Assembly: GCA_016290295.1 (NCBI GenBank)
Contig: JAEETJ010000004.1
Coordinates: 10,546 to 74,545, forward strand
From: Bacteroidales bacterium
GTDB lineage: Bacteria; Bacteroidota; Bacteroidia; Bacteroidales; WCHB1-69
Direction: 5' to 3'
DNA: 64,000 bases
Both the position numbers and the translations under genes were made by a program. A model generated the notes under the pieces. It saw only the letters and a list, made by a program, of their open reading frames with translations. It did no database searches and was not told the origin of the DNA. This document shows positions 1 to 10,284 of this stretch, piece by piece; within the stretch, counting starts at the first letter, position 1, and every line of letters starts with the position of its first letter.

Positions 1-13
1 ATAAATGTACTGT

Positions 14-850
14 TTATTTGATGACTTTTAGACTCAGGTCAAGACTGGCGATATGGTGAGTGAGCGCACCCACAGAGATGAAATCGACACCTGCTTCGGC
101 ATAGCCTCGCATATTATCGAGTGTAATATTGCCTGACGCCTCCGTTTCCACCTTTCCGTCAATCAACTGTACTGCCTCTTTCACCAGTTCGGGAGTAAAG
201 TTATCGAGCATGATACGGTCAACACCCCCGTGATCCAGCACACGTTTAACCTCTTCCAGATTGCGGGTCTCAATTTCGATTTTTAGATCCAAATTATTAT
301 CGGAGAGATATTTACGCGTCTTATCGATAGCATTTTCGATACCTCCCGCAAAGTCGATGTGATTATCTTTCAGCATCACCATGTCGAACAAGCCGAAGCG
401 GTGGTTGGTGCAGCCGCCAAGCTGGACCGCATATTTCTCGAACACACGCATATTCGGAGTGGTTTTGCGGGTATCAAGGATACGGGTTTTGGTACCCTTT
501 ACCACATCGGCATATTTCTTTGCTGTGGTGGCAATGCCGCTCATGCGCTGCATAAAGTTCAGCAAGGTTCTTTCTGCAGTCAGCATTTTCTGTGACGAGC
601 CACGGATAATAAACACGATGTCGCCTTTATGAATTTCGTCGCCATCTTGCTTGAAAGCTTCCATTTTAATGTCCGGGTCAACGCAATGCAGCACTTCCCG
701 TGCCACATCGATACCGGCAATAATGCCGTCGGCTTTGGCCAACAGCCGCATTTCACCTTGGATGGTGGGGTTAATACAAGCTAAAGAGGAGTGATCTCCG
801 TTTCCAATGTCTTCCGCCAATGCGGCCATGATGGTGTCGTGTACAGTCAT
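14..850 (-). CDS. nadC: nicotinate-nucleotide diphosphorylase (quinolinate phosphoribosyltransferase)
   Basis: 278-aa ORF. The translation is full-length NadC-like (LLNFMQRMSGIAT, ILDTRKTTPNMR, HRFGLFDMVMLKDNH, ETEASGNITL). Assigned from family resemblance; no search run. Confidence 0.85.
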   Translation of the reverse strand: MTVHDTIMAALAEDIGNGDHSSLACINPTIQGEMRLLAKADGIIAGIDVAREVLHCVDPDIKMEAFKQDGDEIHKGDIVFIIRGSSQKMLTAERTLLNFMQRMSGIATTAKKYADVVKGTKTRILDTRKTTPNMRVFEKYAVQLGGCTNHRFGLFDMVMLKDNHIDFAGGIENAIDKTRKYLSDNNLDLKIEIETRNLEEVKRVLDHGGVDRIMLDNFTPELVKEAVQLIDGKVETEASGNITLDNMRGYAEAGVDFISVGALTHHIASLDLSLKVIK

Positions 851-858
851 GATTTCAA

Positions 859-984
859 TGTGCTAATTAGTTAATGTGCTAATGTGCAAATGATTTTAGG
901 GAATAGGGATTAGGGGTTAGGGGTTAGTTTTGAATTTTGAATTCTATTTTAATTTGCTAATTTACAAATTTACAAATTTGCTAA
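859..984. repeat. AT-rich short-word tandem repeats (GTGCTAAT, GGTTAGG, TTTTGAAT, CAAATTTA words) filling the intergenic space
   Basis: Direct reading: gtgctaattagttaatgtgctaatgtgcaaatg ... ggattaggggttaggggttag ... ttttgaattttgaatt ... aatttacaaatttacaaatttgctaatt. Confidence 0.7.
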
Positions 985-1482
985 TTAATTTGTAATGTAT
1001 TCGCTGGTAGTGATGGTGTTGCTGTGGTTGAGGGCACGGTCAACGATAAAAAGCTCGTAGCAGATAGTGTCGTAGGGAGAGAAGGGGTTGTTGGCGAAGA
1101 GATTCAGCATAATTTCCCCGGAGATAGACTCTGGGGTATTGTCGCTTAATCGCGGAATCCGCATATTGAGGGTTGAGGGAGTTTCCACTTCCACAAACTC
1201 ACCGTTTTGTTTTTCAAAGTAAGTAATAAAGCAGTTATAGTAATAGATAGAAGAGGTATCAAAGGGGGCCTGCGTGTCGTACTCGTCAAGTCCAATATCA
1301 CCATCTCCGTCCTGAAATTTGAAGATCAGGCATACGTCGGTGCCATCGCTAACATCCTCACTAGGCTCCAAACTAACAAACTCTATAGCAGGAATCTCCG
1401 AGAACTTCTCCGGTTTCTTGCAAGCGGAAAAAAGCAGGGCCAGTAATAGCGGGATCAGAAGCAGAAGACGTTTTCCGTACAT
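985..1482 (-). CDS. hypothetical lipoprotein
   Basis: The ORF 985..1536 is trimmed to the internal Met (MYGKRLLLLIPLLLALLFSAC), which gives a signal peptide plus lipobox Cys. No recognisable domain. Confidence 0.6.
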   Translation of the reverse strand: MYGKRLLLLIPLLLALLFSACKKPEKFSEIPAIEFVSLEPSEDVSDGTDVCLIFKFQDGDGDIGLDEYDTQAPFDTSSIYYYNCFITYFEKQNGEFVEVETPSTLNMRIPRLSDNTPESISGEIMLNLFANNPFSPYDTICYELFIVDRALNHSNTITTSEYITN

Positions 1483-1593
1483 ATATAAATATAAAGGTAC
1501 AATCAGCAAAAATACAATTTTTTTTTGAATTAGCAAATTAGTTAATTCGCTAATGTGCCAATTATTTTATGTTGAGTGTTGATTTTGGCTGGA

Positions 1594-1692
1594 AGGATTA
1601 CAGGATTACAGGATTACAGGATTACAGGATTACGGGATTACAGGATTACGGGATTACAGGATTATAGGATTATAGGGTTATAGGGTTAAAGG
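1594..1692. repeat. about 12 tandem copies of the 8-nt unit AGGATTAC (decaying to GGATTATA/GGGTTATA)
   Basis: Direct reading: aggattacaggattacaggattacaggattacgggattacaggattacgggattacaggattataggattatagggttatagggtt. Confidence 0.9.
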
Positions 1693-1716
1693 ATGGAAAG
1701 GTCTGGAGAGTTAATA

Positions 1717-1763
1717 TTGCATTGTGCATTGTGAATTGTGCATTGTGAATTGTGCATTGTGAA
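1717..1763. repeat. tandem CATTGTG(C/A)A(T) 7-8-nt repeats
   Basis: Direct reading: ttgcattgtgcattgtgaattgtgcattgtgaattgtgcattgtgaa. Confidence 0.85.
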
Positions 1764-1773
1764 ACGTGTAGAT

Positions 1774-1807
1774 AAAAAAAATAGAGACGAGCCATAGCGC
1801 GTCTCTA
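1774..1807 (-). terminator. rho-independent terminator of rplY
   Basis: 8-bp stem TAGAGACG/CGTCTCTA (1782-1789 / 1800-1807). On the minus strand it is followed by a T8 run (plus-strand A-run 1774-1781), just downstream of the rplY stop. Confidence 0.75.
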
Positions 1808-1838
1808 CTTTTAGGAAAATAATGTGATGTAATCTCGA

Positions 1839-2417
1839 TTATTCAGCAGCTTCTTCGGTAGCGGCTTCGCTCACGTTACGAGAAGTGAGGACAGAAACCA
1901 AAATCTTGCCAGGATTGTCAACCACGGTGATATTCGGGACCTTCACATCTGAAACCTTGATAGACTCATTGATTTCCAGTCCGTTGATTGACAGCTCGAT
2001 ATATTCAGGAACATTTTCGAGCAGACCTCTAACTTTCAGTTTTCTAACTTTCTTAGCTAACTTACCACCACGGAGCACACCAGGAGAAGTACCCGTAACT
2101 TTCACCGGAATGTCAATAGTAATAGGTTTGTTTTCAACTACTTCGAGGAAGTCCACATGTAACAATTTGTCAGTTACGGGGTGGAATTGAGTTTCCTGGA
2201 GGATAGCGTTGAATTTTTTGCCGTCGAATTCGACCTGAGCATACTTCACTTCGGGAGTATAGATCAAATCTTTGAACTGACGCTGGTCAACAACGAACTG
2301 ATATTGTTGTTTTCCACCGTAAATTACGCACGGCACAAGGCCTTGAGCACGCTGAGCTTTCGCATCTCGTTTCCCTACGTTCTCTCTTAGAGAACCGCTA
2401 ATAGACACTGATTTCAT
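1839..2417 (-). CDS. rplY: 50S ribosomal protein L25 / general stress protein Ctc
   Basis: 192-aa ORF. The N-terminus (RENVGKRDAKAQRAQGLVPCVIYGG) and overall length are typical of long-form L25/Ctc. Confidence 0.85.
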   Translation of the reverse strand: MKSVSISGSLRENVGKRDAKAQRAQGLVPCVIYGGKQQYQFVVDQRQFKDLIYTPEVKYAQVEFDGKKFNAILQETQFHPVTDKLLHVDFLEVVENKPITIDIPVKVTGTSPGVLRGGKLAKKVRKLKVRGLLENVPEYIELSINGLEINESIKVSDVKVPNITVVDNPGKILVSVLTSRNVSEAATEEAAE

Positions 2418-2562
2418 TTTGCTTAAATTTTACGTTAATAATAGTTGGTCAAAAAAAGTTTGCAAAAATACATTTTTTTTCTTTTAAAAAAGCAATCATC
2501 GTAAAAAAAAAAACACTATTTTTGCACCCTAAAAAAAAGTATAACTAAAACACGTAAAAGAT

Positions 2563-4728
2563 ATGGCAGCAATTGGCGCAATTCGTAAGCATGGAGTGCT
2601 TTTGACGATTATTATTGGACTTGCATTACTTGCATTTATCGTTGGCGACTTTTCCAGTTTGAGAGCAATTTTCTCCGATCAATACACTATGGCAAGTGTA
2701 AATGGTGAGAAATTAAACGAACAATATCAGAAAGAATATGAAGAAAATTCTGCTCTCTGGAAAATATTGTACAACAAACAGACATTGGAAGAGACCGAGA
2801 ACTATCAGATTCACGAGCTCACCTGGAATAACCTGTTGGAAACTAAATTAATTGACAAGGAGTTGGATAAATTGGGCTTGCAGTATTCCAATGAAATGAT
2901 TGAAGCCGCCAGCGACGAAATGATCGCCAGTCTCCGCACCAACCGTCCCAACCAGCTGTTGGCTCAGATGGTGAACGTGATTGCCGAGCAATACGGTGTG
3001 GAAAACGCACTGAGTATCATCTCCAACATCGAAGACTATCGCGATGTGGAAGGCGCTTCTGAACTGTACAATGCCTACAAGGCTATCCAGCGTTTCAACA
3101 TCACCGACGCTAAGAGAATGCACTATTATGCATTGGCTCAGGGTGCCACCTACTTCTCAGACAAGATGGCTGAACAATTGGCCAACCAGAACAAGAACAC
3201 AATGGCCTCTTTCGCCATGCTGAATCCCTACGCTCCCGTTTTCAACGACGTAGTGCCCAGCGTAAGCGACAAGGAAATGAAAGATTGGTATAACAACCAT
3301 AAAAAAGCTTTCGATGTAATGGAGAATCTGCGTGACATCGACGTTGCCGTATTCCCTGTTACTCCCTCTACTGAAGACTTACAGACCATTGAAGACAGTG
3401 TAAGAGCTGAATACCAGCGCTTTGTTGCAGCTCCCTCACTGCTCGAATTCAACATGGCAGAAGAAAAAGGTTTGGTTGACAGTACTTATTATACTGCTGA
3501 AGATATCAATATTGATGAATTGGACAGCTTGATTTTCAAACGCCCTGTTGGTTCAATGATCGAACCTTTCACCTATCAGGATATCGTATGGTATTACGGC
3601 AAAGTTTATGGTGCTGAGATGCGTCCCGACTCTGTCATGGTTGCATTCCTGGTAGTGGATTACAAGACTTCCGCCCAGAATCCTAACGGCACTCGTACCA
3701 AAAAGCAAGCCAGATTGGAAGCTGACAGCTTGAATCAATTGGTGAAGAGCGGTGCTAACATCTTCCAGCTGATGCCCAGCTATTTGGCTGGCCGTCAAGC
3801 TACCGACACCACCCTCTGGGTTCCCGAACGTGGTACTATTCCTTCATTATATAATGAATTTGTACATACTAATATCGGTGGCACCTACGTTCACCAGTCA
3901 GGTTCCGCTTACGTTGTTTACCAGATTCTGGCCAAAACAACTCCTATTGAAAAACGTCAATTCGTAATTTACACCCACGAAATCACTCCATCAGAAGCCA
4001 CTGTTAAAGGTATCAAGAGCAGCGCTAATACTTTGGCTGCCGCAGCTAGCAATGCTGATGAATTGATTGACGCCGCTAATGCACAAGGTGTTCAAGTATT
4101 AAAAGGCACCAACGTGAGAGCTATGGACGCTACCATCTCACAGTTGCCAAACTGCCGCGAAATCGTTAGCTGGGCCTTCTCAAAAGGTGTTAAAACTGAC
4201 GATGTTTCAGACGTCATCAACCTCTCCAACAGAATCTATGCTGTTGCCGCAGTAAGAAACGTTAGAGAAAAAGGTATGCAGAAATTTGATGCTGTGAAGA
4301 CAGACATTGAAAACCAATTGAAAGCTGAAAAGAAAGTAGAAATGATTGCCAACAATGTTAATGAAGAACTTGCAAAAGGCGCTTCACTCCAAGACTTGGC
4401 AGGCAAATACAGCACCACCGTCATGGATAGCATTCCTTTGACTTATTTGGCTGAAAGCTATATGAACAGAAATATCGAAGACCTCGCTATCTCCAAAATC
4501 TTCGCTATGCCAGCTAACAGCAGCAAAGCCGTTGCCGGTAAGAACTACGTATATCTCGTTAATGTAAGCAACTTCAACGACGTTCCCGCTTCTCCCAACT
4601 ACGCTGGAGAAAAAGGCGCCTTGAGAAACATCTGCGTGGGCAGAGGCCGTAACGAAGCAACAATCATGCAGGGTTTGAGAGCTAAAGCCAAAATCTTAGA
4701 CCAAAGAAATATGTTCTATTCCAAATAG
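2563..4728 (+). CDS. PpiD-like periplasmic chaperone / peptidyl-prolyl isomerase (SurA N-terminal domain family)
   Basis: 721-aa ORF. It has an N-terminal membrane anchor (GVLLTIIIGLALLAFIVGDF) and the long alpha-rich body typical of Bacteroidota PpiD-like proteins. Family-level call only. Confidence 0.6.
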   Translation: MAAIGAIRKHGVLLTIIIGLALLAFIVGDFSSLRAIFSDQYTMASVNGEKLNEQYQKEYEENSALWKILYNKQTLEETENYQIHELTWNNLLETKLIDKELDKLGLQYSNEMIEAASDEMIASLRTNRPNQLLAQMVNVIAEQYGVENALSIISNIEDYRDVEGASELYNAYKAIQRFNITDAKRMHYYALAQGATYFSDKMAEQLANQNKNTMASFAMLNPYAPVFNDVVPSVSDKEMKDWYNNHKKAFDVMENLRDIDVAVFPVTPSTEDLQTIEDSVRAEYQRFVAAPSLLEFNMAEEKGLVDSTYYTAEDINIDELDSLIFKRPVGSMIEPFTYQDIVWYYGKVYGAEMRPDSVMVAFLVVDYKTSAQNPNGTRTKKQARLEADSLNQLVKSGANIFQLMPSYLAGRQATDTTLWVPERGTIPSLYNEFVHTNIGGTYVHQSGSAYVVYQILAKTTPIEKRQFVIYTHEITPSEATVKGIKSSANTLAAAASNADELIDAANAQGVQVLKGTNVRAMDATISQLPNCREIVSWAFSKGVKTDDVSDVINLSNRIYAVAAVRNVREKGMQKFDAVKTDIENQLKAEKKVEMIANNVNEELAKGASLQDLAGKYSTTVMDSIPLTYLAESYMNRNIEDLAISKIFAMPANSSKAVAGKNYVYLVNVSNFNDVPASPNYAGEKGALRNICVGRGRNEATIMQGLRAKAKILDQRNMFYSK

Positions 4729-4740
4729 AACTCAGTTCAA

Positions 4741-4807
4741 TAAAAAAAACAACAGCATAGATTAAACCTTTTTGCAAAGCGACAGTCTATGCTGTTTGTT
4801 TTTTTAA
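4741..4807. terminator. long-stem terminator (A-run / hairpin / T-run, potentially bidirectional)
   Basis: aaaaaaaacaacagcataga ... tctatgctgtttgttttttt. About 10-bp stem (ACAGCATAGA/TCTATGCTGT) flanked by an A-run and a T-run, right after the 4728 stop. Confidence 0.65.
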
Positions 4808-4831
4808 ATTTGTAATATAAAATATTATTAT

Positions 4832-7420
4832 ATGAAGCAACTCTACCGTTTTGCCAGCTGCCTCTTTTTTTTGTTTGCCTTCGCATACAGCTACGCACAA
4901 CCCGAAATGGTGAGACCACCCATGCCTGGACAATCAGCCACCTCCGGCTCCATCATGGGTATGATTGTCGATGAAAATGCCAAACCCATCGAATACGCCT
5001 CCATCTATGTCAAGAAAACCACCGACTCGACGATAGCCCAGACCGGCATCACCAACGAAAGTGGTCGTTTTATGATTCAGGAGATTCCTTTCGGAGAATA
5101 TTTTATTGAAATACAATACATTGGATATCGCAAACACTATTCCAAACCCTTCACTATCAGCAAAGAGCAATCTGTTTTCAGAATTCCGAAATTCACTCTG
5201 TCAAACAAAAGCACATCTCTGCAAACCGTAGAGGTAAAAGCTCAGAAAGACATGTTGCAGACCAATCTGGACAAGACGGTGTACAATGTGGAGTCGAGCA
5301 TTATGGCGGACGGAGCCACCGCGATTGAAGTGCTGGAAGAGATTCCCTCGGTGGACGTGGATGTGGAAGGCAATGTAACGGTGCGTGGTAGTGAGAACGT
5401 GACCATTTGGGTGGACGGACGCCCGACCAACCTCACTTTGGACCAGATTCCCGCTTCCATGATTGAGAGTATTGAAGTCATCACCAACCCATCGGCACGT
5501 TTCGATCCCGACGGCATGGCAGGTATCCTCAATGTGGTGCTCAAGAAAAAGAAAGAATCAGGTTTCAACGGTATGGTCTCCTTGGGTGGAGGCATGTCGC
5601 TATATACTTTGGAACCTACTCCCAAGCATTATATTGTGCGCCCGTATATCAACCAATACAATGCCAATGTGAGCTTCAACTATAGCTACGACAAAATCAA
5701 CTTCTTCATCAACTACAGCTATAGAGGTCACAAGTTCAAAAATGGCGGCAAGTTGGACCGCGACTCCTGGTACGGCAACGATACCACCAACCTCAATCAG
5801 ACCAACCTCGGCCAAGGTAGCGGTGGCGGCCACAATGTGTTCACCGGCCTGGACTGGTTCATCAACAAAAAGAATACGCTGAGCTTCTCTTTCGGTTTCC
5901 GCTATGGCACCCATAAAGACACCAGTTCGCTCACTTCCGAAAACGCCGACTGGATTGAGGGAGAGCTATTTCCTTCCTCCTATTATGCACAATTTGGCAA
6001 CGGCAAGAACAAAAACATGAACTTCAATGCCGCCATCAACTACAAGAAGACCTTTGAGGTGAAAGGCCGCGAGCTGACCGCAGATGTCTCCTACAACCAT
6101 GGTTTCGGGGATAATAACAACTGGTCTGTACAGGAATTTGATCTTCCACTGGAATACGACTATTTCCAGAAAACAGTATCCAAATCCTTAAACCGCAATG
6201 CCAATGCCCAAGTTGATTTTGTGACACCCATCGGCAATGGCGGCCGTATTGAGACGGGTTATAAGTTCTCTTATCGCTCCATCGGTCAGGATTATTCATT
6301 GTACAACGCCTACAACACAGACCCCTGGGCTCTGGATTCCTTACAGCTCAACAATTTCGAATACACCGAATATCTGAACGCCTTGTATTTCATTTATTCC
6401 AACACTTTCTGGAAAAAACTGCAGATTCAGGTCGGTTTGCGTGGTGAGATGGCCAATACTTTCTCTAACTTGAAATCAGCCGATACCGTCTATAAGAAAA
6501 ACTACTACAACCTCTTCCCGACGGTGCACATCAGATATGAAATCAACGACAAACACTCTCTGAAGCTGAGTTACTCTCGTCGTGTGCAGCGTCCCAACAT
6601 CTGGCAGCTGAATCCTTACCGAGATATTTCCGACAAGCAGAATGTCCGCTGCGGTAACCCCTATCTGAATCCCGAGATGGCCAACTCACTGGAACTCGGC
6701 TACCAGCTGACCATCAACAAGTCCTTCTTTAGTGCCACGGCCTTCTACCGCCACCGTAGCCACCTTATCACCCGCTACACCACACTGGAGCAGTATATTC
6801 CACAAGACACGACGGAAGACAGCTATATTTATACCCTCACATCATACCAGAACCTCAACCAGAGCCACAATATCGGTGTGGAACTGTTCTATAGCCAGCG
6901 CATCTGGAAATTCTGGAAGATCAATGCTTCCTTCAATTTCTATAGGAATATCATCGAAAGCGACAACCTGCTGGATGAAAACCTCGCCCGCAACTGGGAG
7001 TTCCGTTTCCGTTTGAACCAGACCTTCAGCTTTGGCAACAACTGGGATATCCAGCTGAACTTCCGCTACAGCTCACCTTCGTTGACCACCGGCAGTATGG
7101 GTTGGGGCACCGGAGGCGTAGGCCAGGGACGCCGTTCTGCCCGTTACTCGCTGGATTTCGCCGTTAAGAAAGGCTTCCTGAAGAACAGCTTGGTGGTGAG
7201 TCTGAACATCCGAGACCTTCTCTTCATGGTCAACCAAACCCGTATCCATTCATACCAATACAACGACTATAACGGCTATGACTCTTACAGTCTGCGTGAC
7301 CGCAACGGCTGCCGTATTTCCCTTAATGTGACATACAAGATCAACAACTACAAGCGCAGGAAAATGGAGATGCCTTCCGATGATGGCAATATGGAGTATG
7401 AAGGCGGAGGTGAAGAATAA
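4832..7420 (+). CDS. outer-membrane beta-barrel / TonB-dependent-receptor-like protein with N-terminal carboxypeptidase-regulatory-like domain
   Basis: 862-aa ORF with a signal peptide. It has a CarbopepD_reg-like segment (GSIMGMIVDENAKPIEYASIYV...TNESGRFMIQEIPFGEY), a plug-like region (VTVRGSENVTIWVDGRP), and a C-terminal beta-strand pattern with aromatic-rich repeats. Confidence 0.7.
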   Translation: MKQLYRFASCLFFLFAFAYSYAQPEMVRPPMPGQSATSGSIMGMIVDENAKPIEYASIYVKKTTDSTIAQTGITNESGRFMIQEIPFGEYFIEIQYIGYRKHYSKPFTISKEQSVFRIPKFTLSNKSTSLQTVEVKAQKDMLQTNLDKTVYNVESSIMADGATAIEVLEEIPSVDVDVEGNVTVRGSENVTIWVDGRPTNLTLDQIPASMIESIEVITNPSARFDPDGMAGILNVVLKKKKESGFNGMVSLGGGMSLYTLEPTPKHYIVRPYINQYNANVSFNYSYDKINFFINYSYRGHKFKNGGKLDRDSWYGNDTTNLNQTNLGQGSGGGHNVFTGLDWFINKKNTLSFSFGFRYGTHKDTSSLTSENADWIEGELFPSSYYAQFGNGKNKNMNFNAAINYKKTFEVKGRELTADVSYNHGFGDNNNWSVQEFDLPLEYDYFQKTVSKSLNRNANAQVDFVTPIGNGGRIETGYKFSYRSIGQDYSLYNAYNTDPWALDSLQLNNFEYTEYLNALYFIYSNTFWKKLQIQVGLRGEMANTFSNLKSADTVYKKNYYNLFPTVHIRYEINDKHSLKLSYSRRVQRPNIWQLNPYRDISDKQNVRCGNPYLNPEMANSLELGYQLTINKSFFSATAFYRHRSHLITRYTTLEQYIPQDTTEDSYIYTLTSYQNLNQSHNIGVELFYSQRIWKFWKINASFNFYRNIIESDNLLDENLARNWEFRFRLNQTFSFGNNWDIQLNFRYSSPSLTTGSMGWGTGGVGQGRRSARYSLDFAVKKGFLKNSLVVSLNIRDLLFMVNQTRIHSYQYNDYNGYDSYSLRDRNGCRISLNVTYKINNYKRRKMEMPSDDGNMEYEGGGEE

Positions 7421-7515
7421 GGGAAGTCTCGCTTCGCTCGAGGGGAGTTTGAATTAGCAAATTAGTTAATTAGCAAATTAGTTAATTAGTTAATTGGCAA
7501 ATGTGCAATTGAATT
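7421..7515. repeat. one GGGGAG-hairpin unit followed by 8-nt AATTAGCA/AATTAGTT tandem words
   Basis: gggaagtctcgcttcgctcgaggggagtttg, then aattagcaaattagttaattagcaaattagttaattagttaattggcaaatgtgcaattgaatt. It starts 1 nt after the stop codon. Confidence 0.8.
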
Positions 7516-7609
7516 ATTGGGGATGTTTTGCGGAGGAAAGTCAGAATAAAAATTTCTGATAATTCAGGGATTTTGTTTAATTTTGCAAAATAATTTTTGA
7601 CTACTGACA

Positions 7610-8416
7610 ATGACACCTGATATTACTGATAACATGGCCGCTTTGGTGGAAAAACTTCGCCAGCCGCATCTTTGGGATGAGCAGCCTGTTTTCTGTTTTA
7701 CCTCTGATATTGACTGGGCTTCGGAAGCAGTCATTGGCAACTTCTTCCAGAAGATGCCATTGGAGTTGCTGAAGCTGACCACCTACGTCACCCATGCGTC
7801 AGAAATCATTGAACGCTATTACAAAGATGGGAAAATCATCCGCGGCATACATCCCAATTTCCTGCCAGGCTCCTCGCAAGGCAACAGTTTCCGCGAAGTG
7901 ATTGAGACTTGTCTTTCCTTTGCCCCAGAGGCCACCACTACCCGCTCCCACCGCGCTTTCGATGTCACCGACACAGCCCATATGCTCAAGAACGAGTACC
8001 ATATCCGGACATGCTCCAACTGCATCACGACCATGGCACCCCGTATTGCGCCTTTCTGGATTGAGTCCAAGCTGCTGCAAATACCTGTATTTCTGGAAGA
8101 AGGCAGTTTCCTCTATAATGACCTGGGCTTGTCCATCCAACCCTATCTGAAATATTTCACCTCGCCAGGATTGAAAGTCATCAGTTTTCATCCGATGAAC
8201 ATGGCTTTCAACACCCCTTATATCGCATGGATGCGCCAAATCAAAGACTCCATGAGCCGTGAGGAATTCAACAATATCAGCCATGAGATGATCGAAGCCA
8301 AACGCAACCGCGAGAAAGGAGCCTACGACCTGATTATGGAGATTATCAACCTGGCACAGAAAATTCAAGCTCCTATCCTGTCTATAGAGGAGATTTACCA
8401 ACATACAATAGCATAA
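7610..8416 (+). CDS. polysaccharide-deacetylase-like protein (WbmS-type), function uncertain
   Basis: 268-aa ORF. It has the FCFTSDIDWAS motif and a HPNF.. / SFHPMN pattern reminiscent of the divergent polysaccharide deacetylase family. The competing antisense ORF 7799..8485 has junk composition. Confidence 0.45.
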   Translation: MTPDITDNMAALVEKLRQPHLWDEQPVFCFTSDIDWASEAVIGNFFQKMPLELLKLTTYVTHASEIIERYYKDGKIIRGIHPNFLPGSSQGNSFREVIETCLSFAPEATTTRSHRAFDVTDTAHMLKNEYHIRTCSNCITTMAPRIAPFWIESKLLQIPVFLEEGSFLYNDLGLSIQPYLKYFTSPGLKVISFHPMNMAFNTPYIAWMRQIKDSMSREEFNNISHEMIEAKRNREKGAYDLIMEIINLAQKIQAPILSIEEIYQHTIA

Positions 8417-8426
8417 AACATTTATT

Positions 8427-8978
8427 ATGAGAATATTAGAAAGCGAAAGACTGATTCTGAAACCCGTTGAGCCCGAAGACCTCAACTTTTTGATGGAACA
8501 ACGCTGGGATGCTGACTTGACCGATTATATCATTCATAATCCCATATCCACCTACACCCAGCAGAAATGGTATGAGAAAATCTGCAAAAACGGTGATGTG
8601 GCCATGTCGATTTTCTACAAGGAGAAAGAAGGCGAAGATCCGGTTTTGTTAGGAGCTGTAGGTCTGTACGATTTCAATTACCGCCATCAGCGGGCCACGT
8701 GGAAGACCTTACGCATCCCAAAACAATACCAAGGTCTCGGCTTAGCTTTCGAAGCTTCAAAGATGCTTATTGACTATGGCTTCAACACACTGAACCTCAA
8801 CAAAATCACCAGCGACGTGTTCCCTCACAACGAAAGCATTATCAAATTATTGGCCAAGATGGGCTTCAAAGAAGAAGGCCGCCTGAAACAGCACTACTTC
8901 CATCAGGGAGAGTTTAAGGATGTGCTGATTTATAGCCTGACGAGAGACGAGTACAGACAGTTGACAGTTAACAATTAA
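8427..8978 (+). CDS. GNAT family N-acetyltransferase (RimJ/RimL-like)
   Basis: 183-aa ORF. It shows the N-terminal pattern typical of this family (ERLILKPVEPEDL), an acetyl-CoA-binding-like segment (QYQGLGLAFEA), and a C-terminal GFKEEGRLKQHYFHQGEFKDVLIYSL. Confidence 0.8.
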   Translation: MRILESERLILKPVEPEDLNFLMEQRWDADLTDYIIHNPISTYTQQKWYEKICKNGDVAMSIFYKEKEGEDPVLLGAVGLYDFNYRHQRATWKTLRIPKQYQGLGLAFEASKMLIDYGFNTLNLNKITSDVFPHNESIIKLLAKMGFKEEGRLKQHYFHQGEFKDVLIYSLTRDEYRQLTVNN

Positions 8979-9015
8979 TAATTGATAGTTGACAGTTGAT
9001 AATTTGAAAGTATAT

Positions 9016-9051
9016 AAAAAAAAAGAGTCGTCATTGCTGGCGACTCTTTTT
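9016..9051. terminator. bidirectional rho-independent terminator between convergent GNAT and kbl genes
   Basis: A-run, then 7-bp stem AGAGTCG/CGACTCT (9024-9030 / 9041-9047), then T-run. Confidence 0.75.
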
Positions 9052-9073
9052 AGTTTGTTTTGCTGAACTTTTG

Positions 9074-10264
9074 TTATTTGATAACGCCAAGTTCTTTACC
9101 CACTTTCGTGAAGGCGGCGATGCACTTGTCGAGGTGCTCGGTTTCGTGAGCAGCGGAAATCTGAACACGGATACGAGCCTGATCTTTCGGCACTACGGGA
9201 TAGTAGAAACCGGTAACGAAGATACCCTCTTCCTGCATCTTGGCAGCCATCACCTGTGACAGTTTGGCATCATACAGCATCACAGCGCAAATAGCGGACT
9301 GAGTTGGTTTGATGTCGAAGCCAGCAGCCTGCATCTTGGTCACGAAATACTTGGTGTTAGCGTGCAGCTTATCCTGCAGTTCGTTGGTAGCGGACATCAT
9401 CTCCACCATCTTCACGCCAGCGGCAGCCACCATCGGCGGAATAGAGTTGGAGAACAAATATGGACGTGAACGCTGACGCAGCATGTCAATGATTTCTTTC
9501 TTACCAGTAGTGAAACCACCGATAGCACCACCGAAAGCCTTACCGAGGGTACCGGTCAGGATTTCAATTTTGCCACGCAGGTTAAACTGTTCGGTTACGC
9601 CACGACCAGTCTCACCTACTACACCAGCAGAGTGAGATTCGTCCACCATGACCATAGCGTCGTATTTGTTGGCCAGTTCATAAATCTTATCCAGCGGAGC
9701 CACATTACCGTCCATAGAGAACACACCGTCGGTCACAATCAAGCGGAAACGCTGAGCCTGAGCGGCCTGCAGCTGTTTCTCGAGGTCAGCCATATCGGCG
9801 TTGGCATAACGATAGCGGACAGCCTTGCACAGACGCACACCGTCGATGATAGAAGCGTGGTTCAGTGCGTCGGAAATGATAGCATCCTGCTCAGTCAACA
9901 GAGGTTCGAACACACCACCGTTAGCGTCGAAGCAAGCGGCATACAGGATAGTGTCTTCCGTACCGAAGAACTCAGCGATCTTAGCTTCCAACTGTTTGTG
10001 CAGGTCGGAGCAACCGCAGATGAAACGTACAGAAGCCATACCATAGCCATGGGTATCGAGAGCTTCCTTAGCAGCAGCAATCAGCTTGGGATTGTTAGCC
10101 AGGCCGAGGTAGTTGTTAGCGCAGAAATTCAGCGCTTTCATGCCGTTCTGCAAAGTGATTTCACCGCTCTGCGGAGAAACGATAATACGTTCGTGTTTGT
10201 ATAAGCCGGCATTTTCAATGTCGGTCAATTCTTTTTGAAGATGAGCTTGAAAATTGTTATACAT
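9074..10264 (-). CDS. kbl: glycine C-acetyltransferase (2-amino-3-ketobutyrate CoA ligase)
   Basis: 396-aa ORF. It is an alpha-oxoamine synthase PLP enzyme (NYLGLANNP, VDESHSAGVVGETGRG, GTLGKAFGG with the PLP Lys). It sits adjacent to tdh, the classic threonine degradation pair. Confidence 0.9.
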   Translation of the reverse strand: MYNNFQAHLQKELTDIENAGLYKHERIIVSPQSGEITLQNGMKALNFCANNYLGLANNPKLIAAAKEALDTHGYGMASVRFICGCSDLHKQLEAKIAEFFGTEDTILYAACFDANGGVFEPLLTEQDAIISDALNHASIIDGVRLCKAVRYRYANADMADLEKQLQAAQAQRFRLIVTDGVFSMDGNVAPLDKIYELANKYDAMVMVDESHSAGVVGETGRGVTEQFNLRGKIEILTGTLGKAFGGAIGGFTTGKKEIIDMLRQRSRPYLFSNSIPPMVAAAGVKMVEMMSATNELQDKLHANTKYFVTKMQAAGFDIKPTQSAICAVMLYDAKLSQVMAAKMQEEGIFVTGFYYPVVPKDQARIRVQISAAHETEHLDKCIAAFTKVGKELGVIK

Positions 10265-10284
10265 GATATTTGAATTTAGGATAA

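Noticed and set aside
7799-8485. A 228-aa minus-strand ORF overlapping the 7610..8416 gene.
   Set aside because: Its composition is junk-like (MRSSGSTGFRISLSLSNILIINVLCYC...). The plus-strand ORF has a clean ATG, protein-like composition and deacetylase-like motifs.
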